Below the pieces are notes generated by a model. It saw nothing but the letters and a program-made list of their open reading frames with translations, did not search any database and was not told the DNA's origin. Position numbers and translations under genes: made by a program. 64,000 nucleotides of DNA, taken from positions 4,434,071 to 4,498,070 of the forward strand of contig MU053810.1 in NCBI GenBank assembly GCA_013239625.1, given 5' to 3'. Shown here piece after piece: positions 11,171-25,765 of this stretch (its first letter is position 1; each line of letters begins with the position of its first letter). Source of the DNA: Lama guanicoe (lineage: Eukaryota).

Positions 11171-14100
11171 CAGCGTGGGATCCCTAATGGTCTCCCCTAG
11201 AAGCCCCCAACTCCAGCTCCAGCTTCCTGACTGCAGCCTAGGCAGTGGATTAGCCCATGCACTGGTCCTCTGTTGCTCCCTTCATGCTGCCCTGGCCTCC
11301 AGACTTGCATAGGGTGCCCCTGCTACCTCCTGCCTCTCTGCAGGCTGAGGTGAGACTTTCCCCAGTATGACAAGGAGCTGAGAGAATGCAGTTTTTGTGA
11401 ATTAAACTTGAAGTCCAGGCAGAACTCTATGCTACTGGCTAGATATTCTTGCAATTTAAAAAAAAAAAAAGGTTCTTCCATCACATATGACCTGGTGGTC
11501 CAAGTACAAACCTGTAGGCCAAAAATCACTCAAGTCTAATTCTTTTCAAACACAGGCTCCGTCGGTGGCCTTTAGCAAGGCAATTATCTTTCCTGACCGA
11601 GTTTCGTCAACCATTAAAGAATAATGATATGTGGTTAATGGGGAGAAGTCATGATAAGGATTAATGACATAGTTAATGTGTGTCCAGAGATTTCAAGAGC
11701 ACATGTGCCATGTGGATACTCCAAGTCAAGCACAATGGGGTCTCTATTTACCTTCAGTCGCTGTGGAAGGTAGAATCGTATTTTGTCACAGATCTCACCC
11801 ATGTACCTACACCAGGAAAACTCAACCCCTGAGTGCATGCCTTGCACTGTTCTGTGTGCACAAGGGGTAACTTCACATGCACCTTATTTGCCATAGCACA
11901 CATTGACGGAGACTCTCTCTGGATACCAGGAGTCCAATGCTGTTCACCTCTAGCAGTCAAAACGATAAATAACTGGAGCACAGGGAGTGTGTTTTCTCTC
12001 TAGTAGGGTTCAAATTCATTCTGGATACTGCTGATGACTACTGTGACATTAGGCCTTAGTACATGAATGAGACTTTGCTCAGGGAAGTAGCGTGGAAGGT
12101 CATCATGTCTATAGGTAGACAGTGTCTCTGAAAAGTGTACTCAATGGACTGCTTTTACCCATAACAAGCTGATAATGCCAGTAAACAGCCATCGCCCACT
12201 GGTAGGGCCTGCACTTTATCTAGTACTTTTCAGAAACAGCAGTGGGTTTATGCTCATCATGTGTGTTCCTTTATCTCCTTGCCATTGTGACCAATACCAC
12301 TCACTTTTGAGGAGAGCTGAGGTCAAGTGCTGAGTGTTTCTACAACAGGACGATGGTAACATGGTCACTCAGTTACTGAAACCATCGTTTTGGCTCTTTA
12401 TTGGTACCACTCAGTCCAGAGTCTTGCATTACACATCTGTATAGTTCAGTGATTCTCTCTCCAACCTGTTACTGAAATTCACGTGGCCTACCTTGGAAAG
12501 TTGTTTTATAAGTGACATCTAAACATACTTCATGCTGCTTATCTGTATTTAATGGTAATTTTTCTCCAACCAGACACGGTATGAACTATGACTATGTGAA
12601 TATTGAAAATTAATCACTTCTCCTAGCATTCTCCTTACTTCCCTTGATTAATCTAATCTATATTTGTCTTCTATCTAGTCACAGATGAGGAGTAGGAAAT
12701 ACAATATGTGTTCCCATATTTCATTTGCTTACTTGAGTCTGTTAAAATTTAACATGTCAGAAAAGGAGAATGAGACCATCTCTTAAAATTAATCAGGGTT
12801 TTCTTTGAGTTAATCTGTGTATTATTAGTTACTTTGGCATAGTTCATTTATCCCAGAGAGGTCAATGACTCACAAGTCTGATCAAAAATTAAATGTATCT
12901 GCATCAGAGTAGCATGAGGAAAAGGAGGATTAACAGTCTCAGAATTCTAGAGTGGGATAAAAGTTTTAAAGTCATCTAATTTATCTCTCTCTTTTGACAC
13001 ATATGGAAAAAACCTAGAATTATTTCTTTTGATCAAGACTAACGGTGCACCCTTGAGCCAATGCCTTCTAACTCAGTGCTTTCTTTTTCTTTCCTATAGC
13101 CTACACGGAAAAGGCAAAAACTACTAGAACATCCTGTGGTTTCCCTTCAAATGTTTCCTTCTTTGACATGAACACTTGTGGACCTCTGATATATACTGTC
13201 TCTTGTACTCCGCAACCTACACTCCTAGTTCTCTGTTGTTTCTTGCCTCCTCCATGTTCAAGATAACTGGGCAGTGAGTGGGCCGTGGTTGTGCTGATTC
13301 TTTGTTGGATATCATATATGTAACTAAGTTATACTCAGGGCTCATTTAATGCTGAAAAATTGTGAGCACTGTCTCTTACTATGTTTATGTTTGGTTGCTT
13401 ATCTCTAATGAATCTGTAAACAAAATACATTTCTTGGTTTGATTAAGTTAGAAAAATCCTAAAATGATTTTCTGTTTCTCTTTCAGCTACAAACCTAAAG
13501 TAACCAACTCTATTTTTACAAATCTTTTTCTAAAATCTGCTTTATTAAGTACCTTCCAAAATTTCGATCTGTGTCCCCATGACATTTTTCTTCTGTAAAG
13601 AGATTGTATACAATCACAAAAGAGAAATTTTGCCAACCCCAGTAGAGTATTTTACTACCCAAGCTACTCTCCCTTTCATTCCTTGTACTCAGGCTTTTTA
13701 CTTTGTTGTGTATAATGCTTCTAGCTTTAAGTTGTCAGGTCTAATGAGCCAGCTTATCTTCAAAATCCTTCTATTCCATTTGATCCATTTAAGTAATCAG
13801 AATTTGGCCATTTGGGGAAAAAAAAATCAGAGTTAGTATAGATGAAAGAATGTGCGGTTACCTTGTTATTTGAAAATATATTTATAAAAAACTCCCAAGC
13901 AAATAAATCATCTCTGCATATCATTATATGCTGTATATGTTCTTGAGAATAGTTTCACTAATCTTGGCCATTTGGGAGCAAACTGTCCTAAGTTTCTGCT
14001 TGTCTGTCTGCCTCTAAAGCACTTGTTTCTTCTATAATCACCTAATAACCACACATTTTAGTTCATGACCAGATGTAGGTAGGGCAAGTGTCTGGGAATT

Positions 14101-17100
14101 TGAAAATCTACACAGAAGAAAGACATTCTTGGTGATTCTGCTATACCTGGTTAACTATTACACTTTCTTGAGTTAATGATCCCTCGGGTCTTAAGTGAAA
14201 AACTCTACCTCTGTGGTTTTCTACTCCTTTTTGCAACAGGGAAAAAGCACTCTCAGATGGGTTCAGATTCATTTTATTTTCCATGTTTCCAAAATGTACA
14301 GTTTACATTACCAAGAGAACCTACAGAAAACCACAAATAAGTAAAGAATCTTTTCTTGTACAAGCAATTTTGTATAATTTTGTCAAGAATAGAATTTTTA
14401 TTATATTTTATATTTCTTGAGAAATCATCTTTACAAACACACAAGTTAGGCTAGAGAGGACATTCATTTTTGAACACAATTATTTCTTTACATCAAGAAT
14501 ATTATGCTTACATCTGACAGTTTATTACATACATTATGAGTATATATAATAGTATGCTGGTGTATTACCTTACATATCTATTCATTTTTTGAAATTAATA
14601 AACTTAAGACATTCCACTTGAATACATGTTAGATATACATTAGGAGACTTTTTTGAGCCACTGTTTTAGTATTTGACTTTGGTCATTAAACTGTTTTCTG
14701 ATAATATAATTGCTACAATGCCTTCAGTCACTTAAAAAAAAAAAGTGGTTCTCCATTATGTGTTTGGCATTGTGCTAAATACTAGAAATTAAAAAACAAG
14801 ACAAAAACCTAAAACATGATTCTTGCCTTTGAGTAGAATCATACAATGACTGAGATATCTGGGTTATCTGATCTAAATAGAATTCTCTGAATAGATTTAT
14901 GTACAAAATGGAAATGAGTGCATGGAAAAAGCAGAGCAGACTATTTCCCTCAGGTAATAGGAGTTTTCCAGGCAGGGGAGAAAGAATTACAAAAGACCAT
15001 GTTGCATTTAGAAAATGGCAAAGTAAATGGAGTGAAAGAGAACTAAGGCCAAAAGAGGTGAAGGAAGGGAGGGTGCTATTTGGAATGAATTCAGGAGAGA
15101 AAAGGATGTTCATTTTTCCATTCCTTCAGTGAACACTGAATTGGCCCTTACTGCGTGTCAGGTATGGTTCTAGCCTTTAACCAGGTTGAAAGCCATAGTA
15201 GATGAAGGCTGTGGTTCCACACGGCTTGGTTTATAATGTGGGTTCTATGGCAAACTTTAAACAAGGCAAAGTCATAGAGGAGAAAAAGAAGCAAAGCAGG
15301 GAACTGAGAAAGCCAAAAGTTCTGCTTGTGATGTGAATGTGGTCCAGCTATTAAACACTCAGGAGGCAATGCCGGAGAGGAAGTTAGAAACATGGATCTA
15401 GAGATCAGCGCAGGGCAGGGGCTGCTTGTATCAGCTCATACAAATAAGTGGATCATCAATGTATGAATACTTTTTAAAGCCATGGGACTGGATGAAATCA
15501 ACTCTGGAGGGTATAGAAAAGAGAATGCAGCCCATGTCTGAGAAGAGAAGGTGGCCCAGGACCCCGAAGCACCCCAGCATTCAAGGGTCAGAGCAGGGGC
15601 AGGGGTAGGACCAAAATCTTAAGGCTCATATACACCAACATGACAACTTTCTTTTAAAACTCCAGGCCAGAATATTCTAAAGATTCTCTTCCAATAGAAG
15701 CAAATGCATCCGTGCCTCTTCTGTGGGTACAAATAACTCAAGTAGGAATTTCTTTGAAATGTTTCATATTTAAAATTATGCAAGCCTTGAACTCTAGCTT
15801 ATGATATACTGTTTATTTAATATAACACCATGTTTAACTGAATTACCATCAGAAGTAAAATGTTTCAACCATGTTTAATTTATAGCTGTAGGTATCCACA
15901 AAAGTCTGTCACATATCGTTAGCTACCCATACTCCACTTTAAAAAGAAAGACAGTTGGGAGCCATTAAAAGAGACTTTAAACCACCTTCCATTCTCATTT
16001 GCAATTGAGCATGTGTGTTACAAAATTATTTCATATAGTCTGTTATTATTTGGGAAGTCTTCTGTTTTTCAGTTATGGACTTCTTTCTCAGAAGGTGAGG
16101 ACTAATTTGCTACTTGCATTTCTAGTACAGCGTAATGTGAATTTTTTATGGTGCAACTTCTTTTTACAGCCTTCAAAATTTGTGAAGAAGCATCTTGAAT
16201 ATTTAAAAATAATACACTAGAAAAATCATAAATCTATTCCATTTGTGCCCTATCCGTTAAAGTTATCTCACAAAGATTTTTAAAGGGCTGGAACTAGAAG
16301 TATCAGTAACAGGTACTAATGGGAATAACACATAACAGATGTTCAGAGTGCCCTCCCCAAAGAAGAAAGCTTAAAAACGCTAGATTTCAAACAAAACAAA
16401 ACAAAACAAAAAACCATGTGTCTTGTTTGTAATGCCTGGTTAATCTGACAGGAAAATAAAGAAATTCCTCAGAGGCCAAAAACCAAGAAAACGTCAATGC
16501 AAAAGAATAACAAAGCCAGAGCCAACATTTGCTCTGCTGGTCTCTGTCAATTTCTTTGGAGCCCAGGAAATTTCAATAGACACAGAGAATGGAGAAGTAC
16601 GTCCTAAGTGCCAGAAAGAGTGGTAGTCATTTTAGAGCCCTCTACATAATCAAGTTGACACCATCCGTGGATGAACAAGGAAAAATACCAAAGGGGGACC
16701 CTTTGGAGAAAGCTCTTGACTCAGCCTCAGCTCTGGGTAGAGAAAAATAAAAGAAAACTTCCTGAGTATGTACAACCGTGTGTTTTCACTCACATGGTCC
16801 TGGGGCCTAAAGTTATAATATTGTGGAGTAGGGGAAAAAAACAAACCATCCTTCCCCTCAAAAAAGCCAAGAGTATTATTTAATGGTACCAGGTTGGCAG
16901 TGTCCCCAGCTGCCTAGTGAACATGTGTATGCATGGAAGATCATTGTTTTATATTTTGAACATGTGTATGCATGTCTCTGTGGAACTCAACAGGTAGTCA
17001 TGTTGCTTGGATGACAGTGTAGTCTTGTTAATATTTTTTAAGGATATTGCTGTAGTCATCATGTCTTGAATATTCAAGAAAGTAGATACTCTATCTACTA

Positions 17101-20100
17101 AATAAATCACCATATGTGTCAGCATGACTACTGAGACCGATTAACGGGAACATTGTGCCATCACCAAGGGAATTAGATCTTCCATTAATAGATAATCCCC
17201 AATTACTGAAGGTATTATAAAGCTTTGTTTCTTTTCCACTTACCCATCTATGCAGCTAGAAATTCGAAAAACTGTGCTGGTAATTATGCAAACCTTTTCT
17301 CTATGAGTGAATCAGGGGTGGACAAAATATTGCAAGTTTTGTTATTAAAACCTTCACTGGGGAGAAAAAATGGTTTGATAAGTACTTTTGTACTCACTGG
17401 TTCATTTATACTTTTAAAACTGTATCCAGGGGAGCTTAACACACTTAACATTGGCCACCCTAAGGCTAGCTTTCCTCTTTCCATTTGTACTCAGATAATC
17501 GCAGTATTTCTCCAGATCTAAGCCTTAATTGCTTCGTGAAATCAGAAAAAAGAGAGAGGGAGAGAGAAGAGGATTGGTGTTTTAAAGTCTTTCTTTATAA
17601 CTTAATATTTTATTAAATAGACACGTTGTTTAATGGTTTCTGATTTTGGAACACATGTCTTGGGAAGTCACGTGTCTGCTTTGTTGATATTCTAATGCCA
17701 AAAAGTGAGTGAAGGATCAAGGACGTGAAACCCTAGGGTGGACTTGCACAAGATGAAGAGCCTATTTACACCGTGCTAAATGCTTGACTAAATGCCATTG
17801 GTTACCAGGTGGCAATAAACATGAACCATGACTGTAGCAGTGACCCCGGAAGGCATTGTTGCTCATCACGGTCAGAAAGTAGGAGAGAAATATGGTGAGC
17901 GCTGAGGAAGAAATGGGGAAGGATGGCTCCGAGGGAGAGAGAGAAGAGAGATGTGGAAAATATATCTGGAAAACAACAAAAATAATAGAATTTTTTTGAT
18001 GATTATCTCACCATGTTTTAACTCAGCAGACAGAATCCTCAACTAAGAAGTACTTCCTCAGCCTTACTTTTGATGAAAGTTACTAAAAAGCAAAAAGGGA
18101 AAATGTTTAATAATAAAAACCCAGTTTCTGAGGAGAGAGAGCTTGAGAGTCACTAATTCAGTGCAGACATCCTAAATGGAAGTTAGTCACTTAATCAGGA
18201 AAGAAGAAATAAATATTATTCTTTCCTAAATGTAGAAGGTAATATAAATGATAATAACACGATCATTTGTGTGCTACTCTTTAGATGTTTAATCTTAGAT
18301 TCTCAATAACATGTTACCTTTGTAAGATTCATTGAGGGACAGTGTGTGTGACAAATGTGGTCAAATAGCTTCAAGGGTCATCGGGCCATTCAAAGGTCAG
18401 GTGACAGGGATCATTGTGAAGTAGCCACCACTGCAGAAACCCAAGCTGTGCTTCAAACACTGGTAATTCGGCAGGACCTTGAAGAGTGTTGAGAAGAAGA
18501 GAGTGACATGGTCAGATTTATGATGTCAAGGGCACTTTGGGGGCAGTTTGGAGGATTGGGAGATGGAGACTAGGAACATGGGCAGAGAGGACATAAATCC
18601 AACAAAGCAGGACAGGATCCCATCAAAAGGGAGACGCAGTTCTTCAGATGCCACAGTGGCCTCGGGCAAACAAAACCAGGCACATCACTGCAGACACGTT
18701 CAGCCGTGGCCCGCAATAAGGAACGAGCTGGGGGGCAGAAGGAGAGAAATGTGAGGGATGCTTGGTGGATGCCTTTAGACAGCATTGGGACGAGGGAAGG
18801 ATTTAGACTTCTGCCTGGGGCAGCCGTGTGGCTGGTGAGCCATGCACAGAGCCGTGGGATGGCGGGTGCCTGGCAGTCACCTGGAGGAAGGTGCTAGAAC
18901 CAGGCAGTACCATGTTGAGCTTGACGTATCTGAAGGACACCCAAGTAGATAGATGTCCAGGAACCAGCTGGATCCACAGAACTGAAACAGGTGGGCTCCG
19001 AGCTGCACATACCCGTCTGGGAGTCATCAGCTTGTTTAAGTGTTGGCTGTGGGTAAAACTGCCCAGGACACATGTCAAGGGCTGAGGATGGGAGCATAGG
19101 GGTTTGAGATGGTCTTCTAGCTGCTACACTTTGGAAGAGGCAGTGATAACCTGAAGCAACCTCGTGATACGGGAAGTGGTTGGAAGCCTGGGAGACTGAG
19201 GGATGAAGGCAACTCCAGCGTGAGCGTGTCCCGCAGAGGCCTGGCCTCCCCTGTTCTTCCAGAGCAGAGCTGGGACCAACCAGGGGGTCAGTGGAGGGAG
19301 CTTTGGGCGTAAGATGAAAGAGACCAAATGAACAGCTGGAACAGACAGACAGACAGACTGCCTCAGAAGCAGTGAGCTTCCTGCCATGGGGACAAATGGC
19401 AGATGAGCTAGAGCATTTTCTGCAGTAAGTGGGAAGCAGAATTCCACGGGTTTTCCCTCTTCTTTCCACCCTCAGATTCTGGGATAAACTGTGTGCCTAC
19501 CGGGGTGACATCCAGCAAAATTTCAGTGGGACAGAAAGTGAGTGGACTGTCCCGACTGGGAGGCTTGGAGGTTGTTTTGGGAAAATAAATACAAACCCAC
19601 TCTGGGTGCTGTAGACGCTTTCATTCTGTCGTATTTACCTCTCTCCCCACTCCTCTCTGATTTTCTCCTGTCTATTCCTCTGATTCTCCATAAAGAGCTG
19701 TCAGTAACAAACTCAGTTTTTGTCACATTAAAAGATGTTAAAGAAACCAAATAAAAAAGGGAAAAGCCAAGAGAGGCAGGTTGTACGATGTCTCATTCTT
19801 TGAGTTCTAATCTATTCCTTGTTTCTTTTTCCCTTCGGTTCTTATTACCTGGAATTCTTATTCTGTCTCCTCCACCTTCTGTCAGGGTAGCTCTCTGAAC
19901 TTTTCCCTCCGCCGTCTCAGAGCTGCCTGTCCCTCGTGTGGCCTCCAGGAAGCTGAGAAAGTCCTTCTGCTCCTCCTGGTCACACACAAACACACACACA
20001 CACACCCTTCCTCTGCCTCACGTGCTCAGGCATGTCACTCCCCAAATTAAAGCAGTTTTCCCCGCTAACGTACAAACCGGCATTCCAAATTATTACTATT

Positions 20101-20149
20101 TTTTCGTACCTCATGTGAATGAATGTTCATCTCTTAAGAGCTATTCTTT

Positions 20150-20655
20150 ATTTTTCTTTATTTTTAATTGAAGTATAGTTGTACATTATACAAGTTCATG
20201 TGTACAATATAGTGACTCACAATTTTTAAAGGTTATACTCCATTTATAGTTATTATTAAATATTGACTATATTCTCTGTGCTGTACAATATATCCTTATA
20301 GCTTATTTTATACCTAATAGTTTGTACCCCTTAACCTCCTGCCCCTCTTTTGCCCCTCCTTGCCTCCGTCTCCCCACTGGCAACCACTAGTTTGTTCTCT
20401 GTATCTGTGAGTCTGCTTCTTTTTTGTTACATTCATTAGTTTGTTGTATCTTTTAGATTCCACATATAAGTGATATCATACAGTATTTTTCCTTCTCTGT
20501 CTAACTTATTTCACTTAGTATAATGCCCTCCAAGTTCATCCATGTTGTTGCAAATGGCAGAATTTCATTCTTCTTTATGGCTGAGTAGTATTCCATTGTG
20601 CATACATACCACATCTTCTTTACCCCCTTATCTGTTGATGGACTCTTACGTTGCC
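20150..20655 (-). mobile_element. LINE-1 3' end fragment
   Basis: ttttaattgaagtatagttg...ttttagattccacatataagtgatatcatacagtatt...catccatgttgttgcaaatggc. Confidence 0.9.
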
Positions 20656-21714
20656 TAAGTGGGAGATAGAATGAGGCTGTGGAAGCATAAGGAGAGGGGA
20701 AGGGATGGAGATACTGGGATGGAGGAGGCTGACATGCTCTCCGCCCCTTCCCAGCTGCTCTTCAAATGTCACTGCTGGATGTCTTATAGGATTTTTGCCT
20801 CTGGTGAAAAGACATGTCATCGACATTTTTTACAACTTATTTTGGGTTTATCCTTTCCAGTTTCCTCCTTCCCTTCATTGTCACAGTGGTGATTCATTTC
20901 AGTTAAATTTGATATAGTATTTACATTTATTGAACAAGGTAGGGCCTCAGCCTGATTATTTCATGTTCATGCTATTGCCTTTTTCATGGTTTCCCTAGTG
21001 ACCTGAAAATGTTGGCTCTGCTCCCAAATATAAAAGCATTTCATCCATTCTCATTACTGAGCTTATTAACTAATCTGAATTATTTTTTTAATTCTGAGAG
21101 GTCATTACTGAAGATGATTTAGCATCTTAGAGAAGCCTGAAAATTCTTCTGTTAGTCCAGGCAAGTGGAGATAATTTCCATGGGAAGGTCCTGTGGGAAG
21201 TAGGGCCTTGGAGGGTGTGAGTGGGACAGTGAGTGGGACCTTGGCTCTGTTTTGGTTTCACTGAAACCTGAGATTGGCACCCAACTCCTGTATCCTTCAG
21301 TCATTTCCAAACTAGCACTGCCAGCCCATGAGTCACCCCAGGCCACGGAATTAGTTTCCTCCTGAGCTGACCTAAAGATTGACATTGAACTGCGCCATGT
21401 TTAAGGCTGAACACCCACTGCTTCGGGAACTTGATGGTAAGCAGAGTGGAGACGCTGGGGCTGCCCATTGCCTGGCTGCAAGGCTACCTGTGGACATAAG
21501 CAGACACCTTTGCACTGTGACCATGAAGATGAGGGACTTACCCTGTGGATTTACTGTCTGGCCTCTTCTCGGAGCCCAGCCTGCTCATCCTTGTGTTTCT
21601 GGAACTTAGGGCTCAAGAACGTCAGGATGGTGGCAGGTGGATCTTTTCTTTTACTCTCTTTGGGAGCCTCTCCCGCCTCTAGGACTCACCTTCACTTCCA
21701 GGTATGAAGAGCAT

Positions 21715-21830
21715 CTCTTTCAGCCTCCACAAGCCCCGTTTACATGAGGAAACAGAAGCTTAGAAAAGTTAAGTGCCTTATCCAGGGGTCTCAAAGCTAG
21801 AGCGGTGCAACCCAAACTCAGGGTCCTCTC
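21715..21830 (-). mobile_element. MIR fragment
   Basis: tttacatgaggaaacagaagcttagaaaagttaagtgccttatccagggg. Confidence 0.6.
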
Positions 21831-24800
21831 TCCCCTGCTCTCCCTTCTCCTAACCAAGAACATAAAATAAAAGCCTGCTCTCCTTATTATGCTAAGGGAA
21901 AACTAGAAAAAGAGACGAAATCTTGTGAGTCCAGAAATATTTAAAAGAAAAGGATGCTATGATACTCTCAGATCTAATCAGCTAAAACTGTTTCAAAATT
22001 AATGGTGAAAATACAATTTAAAGGAGATTCAGGGGTAAAGGACTAGGAGGGTCAAGGGGAGAAACATTGTTTAGGGAAGAATTTGGTCCAAGGACTGGAA
22101 CTGGGCCTTGGGGTTTGGGGAGTGACCACTATCACAGAGAGGAAGCCCAGATGGCACAGAGCTCTGGGGACCCTGAGAAGTGAGGGCACCTGTAGAAGGG
22201 ATGTTCTTACTCTGCAACAGAGACTTAAACCAGCAACTTTCTAGGCTTCCTCTCCAGCAAAAGCCAAATCCATTGACTTCAGACTGCACCATTTTTCTCC
22301 CAAGTGAGAATTTTCACACTGGATGTTCACCAGCAGTGCTGGGCAAATACCTGGACTTTAACCTTTGTGTTTCCTCAGACTAGCTGGGTGACTGTTCCCT
22401 TCTCTGAACCTCACCATCTCCATTTCCCTTAAAAAACATAAATGGCATAATATCATCTACCCCTTTGTGATATCATATTGACATTAAAAGGAAATAAGAT
22501 AAGCCTATTTAAATGCAAATAAGCTATCTGATTATTCTTATTCCTTTGAAATACTGAAACGTGCTTCCTGTAAAGGATCTATGGATGATCTCGGATAAGG
22601 AATCACCCATCCTATGACAGGACATATTTTTGCACCCAGACTGATCTTTTGCAAAGGGGAGTGCCGCCCCTGATGCTGGTCGTGGATAACTCTTGGGATG
22701 CTGGCACAGCCTCCATCTGCATCCTTATCATCCACAGACATGGCCCCAGTGTCTGGAGCAATATTTGAATCCCCAAAGCCAGGCTGAAGATGCCACTGAT
22801 GAAATGAAATACTGATATAAGAGCTAATCTCTTCTGAAAATTTAAAATTGGATCTGAGTGATGATAGGAAGTTTCTGTTGGTACTTAAACCAGAACATCC
22901 TGGTACATCCATGTTTGGCCCAGTACATAGAGAATCAGAGAGAAATAGTTAAGAGGGAGGGGAAAAAAAAAGGTATTCAGATAGACAGATGAGAGAGAAG
23001 AGACAAATGGGAGTGCTGAATCCAGACTCTCCTGTGGCCCTTCTGTGTATCTGAGTGTCTTGTATGCAATGCTCCCACATCCTTGAAGTCTTTCTGTATA
23101 GGCTGGTTTCAGTGAGTTTCTGTTGCTTACAACAAGAGGATCTCTAATTAAATATTCCAATTTCCAGGACCTTCTTTTTCCTTTCTTATTTTTGTTTAGG
23201 GCTTCTTGCAGGTGTGTCTGGGTCTGGTGAAATCTGAGCAGACTGAGAGATGAAAGCAGTTTCCTTCTGTTGGTATCGGCTGCTGGCTGCACAGGCCTTT
23301 TTCAAACTCTGATGATATTGCTTGGTTATTTATCCAGTGCTCCTGGGTCGGTGTCTGTCCTTGGTTTATTTAAAAGGATGGAGAAAGAAGAAGGGAGATT
23401 CTGTCCTTGGCATGGCTAGCGCTGCTCAGTGGCACATCTGTTTTCCTAAGTCATTAATGGGTCCTTCTGGAAGCAGCCAATCCTTCCTCAAGCATCAGGT
23501 CAGTGATCCTGATTTGAATCGGCACCAACCACCCATGAAACTAGAAGCTTCCCTGTGATTTATTGCTACAATAAAACCTCACTAATTAACCATAATTAGG
23601 AGGAAAAGCCCATTTCAATTTTAAGGTTCTAAAAGAAGCAACATTTTAATCTCTTCCAACTTTACATAGTGATTTAAATTAGATTGATCAACTGTATTTG
23701 ACTTCACATATAAGTAAAAATTATTTCTAGATAGCACATGGAGTTAATATGTTCATTTTTGCTATGGGCATGGTCTTTAAGGGACAGCTTGTTTTTTCAG
23801 GCAATTTAAACATTCTATTTACACTCTTAGAGTATTAATAGTTTAGCAAGTGCTTTTTTCCCATCAAAAACACTAACTTGATCTTAACACTCCTCAAAAT
23901 TATTTTTAAACAAGGAGAGCCTGGATTGTAGAGATTATTGTTATTTTTGGATCAATATGACAGTGATTAGGGGAACAAATGGGTTGAGTTAGAATGTCAT
24001 GAAAACCTGCTTGAAAGCTTTTCTGCGTCTTTCACAGGGGTTTACACTGCTGTTGAAAATGAAGCTGATTTTTTAAATCTAATGGGATGATTGTGTTGCG
24101 AATGTGCTGAAATTCATTTCTCCTGCACATTTGATAACGCTGTGATCTTTACTTGACAGTTCCAGTTTACAAAGAGGCAAAGATAGATGCAAATAAGCCT
24201 GGGATGGAATGTTTTGTACCCTGTATCATTTCTCCTGATTGTATATTTGTTGTTTACGAAGTCTAAAGAAAATGAGCTGGAAGGCCAAAACTGATGCTGC
24301 GAATAGAGATATCTTAAGAGCTAGGCTCAAGGCTCTGAGTTTTTATTTTCTGTGGGGGAAACAGATAGAAGCTGGGAAGAGGGAGCGGGGCACAGCATTT
24401 GGATTGGCCCTGGGACCATGTCTGCTGCTGAGTCCAAGACAGCCTGCCTCACACTGACCATTCATCTCCCAGTGGCGTCTCCTCCCGCCTCCTCTCCCTT
24501 CTTGTTGCATTGGATGTTTTCAGCTTCCTGCCTCCCTGTTCACCTGAGCCCATGAAATTATCCGCACAGTCTGGTCAGATGAAGCATGCCTGAAAATGAA
24601 GGCAAGTTTTCAGAACCCCTTGGAAACTGCTTCCTTTCCAGTGTTCCTTCCCATTAGAAGTGGAAGCTGCAGCCTTGCCCAGTTGGGTCCAGGAGGGCAT
24701 CTTTGACTTCATGAGGTCAGGTCTGCTAGAGGCATGCCCTGGGCGGATCTCCCCAGAAGTTAAGGCAGGACTAAACACAGGGTTAGCGTTGCCAGAGGTA

Positions 24801-25047
24801 GTACAGGGAGATGAAAAGAAGCTTTCTGTTGCTGAAAGCCACAGTGCTTTGTCCCTACTTGCAGCTGAGTGTCTGGACAGGAATGGCTGATGGGCTGTGG
24901 GTGATCCCCCCCTCCCCAGGAATTCACTGTGTTCACCCAGGGTACCGGCCTTTGTCCCAATGCCTTGGGGCTTCGGCATTTTTGAGGATGTCTGTTATTT
25001 GGATGGCACTTTTGCTTCCTTTTTACAAGTTTTTATTTTATTAAAAA

Positions 25048-25057
25048 AATATATATA

Positions 25058-25098
<41 letters not shown>
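25048..25098. repeat. Compound (TA)n(TG)n(TA)n microsatellite
   Basis: Read directly. Confidence 0.95.
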
Positions 25099-25099
<1 letters not shown>

Positions 25100-25607
25100 A
25101 AGCATGTCTGAAAGACCACAATCAAGTTTTCCTAAAGAGGGACAGGAGAGAACAGGACCTAAGACATGAGCTCAGCCTTGCTCCCAGAGCCACCCTGCTA
25201 CTGCTGTCTCCTGACACCATGGTCTGTCTCCATGCCTCCCTCCAGCCCTGGTTTCCTGATCACAGTGGGCACGTGGCCTCCAGGACATTGCTAGCACAAA
25301 GCATTGGTCACCCCACCTGAGTTCTAATCCAGACCCTACTGTTTGCTCTTTGTATAACCTCAGCCAGACTCCTTCATCTCTCTAGGCCTTGATTTTATGA
25401 AAAACACAATTAAATAATATAAGAAGAAGTACTCAATAGTTGCTAGTTAGCTTCATGGTGTAAGATTTGGGGTAACATACAGGCCTTTATGTATCTTCTA
25501 GGAGATTTAGTCTCCACGTCTAACCCAGCACTTTGTCGCAGTAGAAGAACAGCACCTTACATTTGGAAGTACTTGGACACAAATCTCTCAATATTTTGTC
25601 CATCAAA

Positions 25608-25765
25608 TTTTTTTTTTCAAATTATTTTCTGCTATAGTTTATAACAAGATATTGAATATAGTTCCCTGTGCTATACAGTATAAACTTCTTGTTTACCTAT
25701 TTTATATATAGTACTTTGTATCTGCTAATCCCAAACTCCCAGTTTATCCCTCCTCCTCCATCCCT
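25608..25765 (-). mobile_element. Short LINE-1 3' fragment
   Basis: acaagatattgaatatagttccctgtgctatacagta...tgtatctgctaatcccaaactccc. Confidence 0.8.

Larger units (their letters stand above)
9658..11470 (+). pseudogene. NRL: Processed (retrotransposed) pseudogene of NRL, neural retina leucine zipper (large Maf bZIP); covers 5'UTR, CDS homology 9827-10402, 3'UTR and poly(A)
   Basis: ATG at 9827 gives [25 protein letters not shown], the NRL N-terminus. Other frames give ...[28 protein letters not shown] and ...RDL..ARC.RL. The sequence is continuous across the coding exon junction (~10178/10179). There are several frameshifts (first at ~9903) and internal deletions. ATTAAA at 11401-11406, A13 at 11458-11470, and TSD aaaaaaggctcttcca (9642-9657) / aaaaaaggttcttcca (11465-11480). 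Confidence 0.95.

Noticed and set aside
13801..13982. Direct repeat ttggccatttggg about 160 bp apart as a TSD
   Set aside because: The intervening sequence has no recognisable element, tail or TIR, so it could be chance
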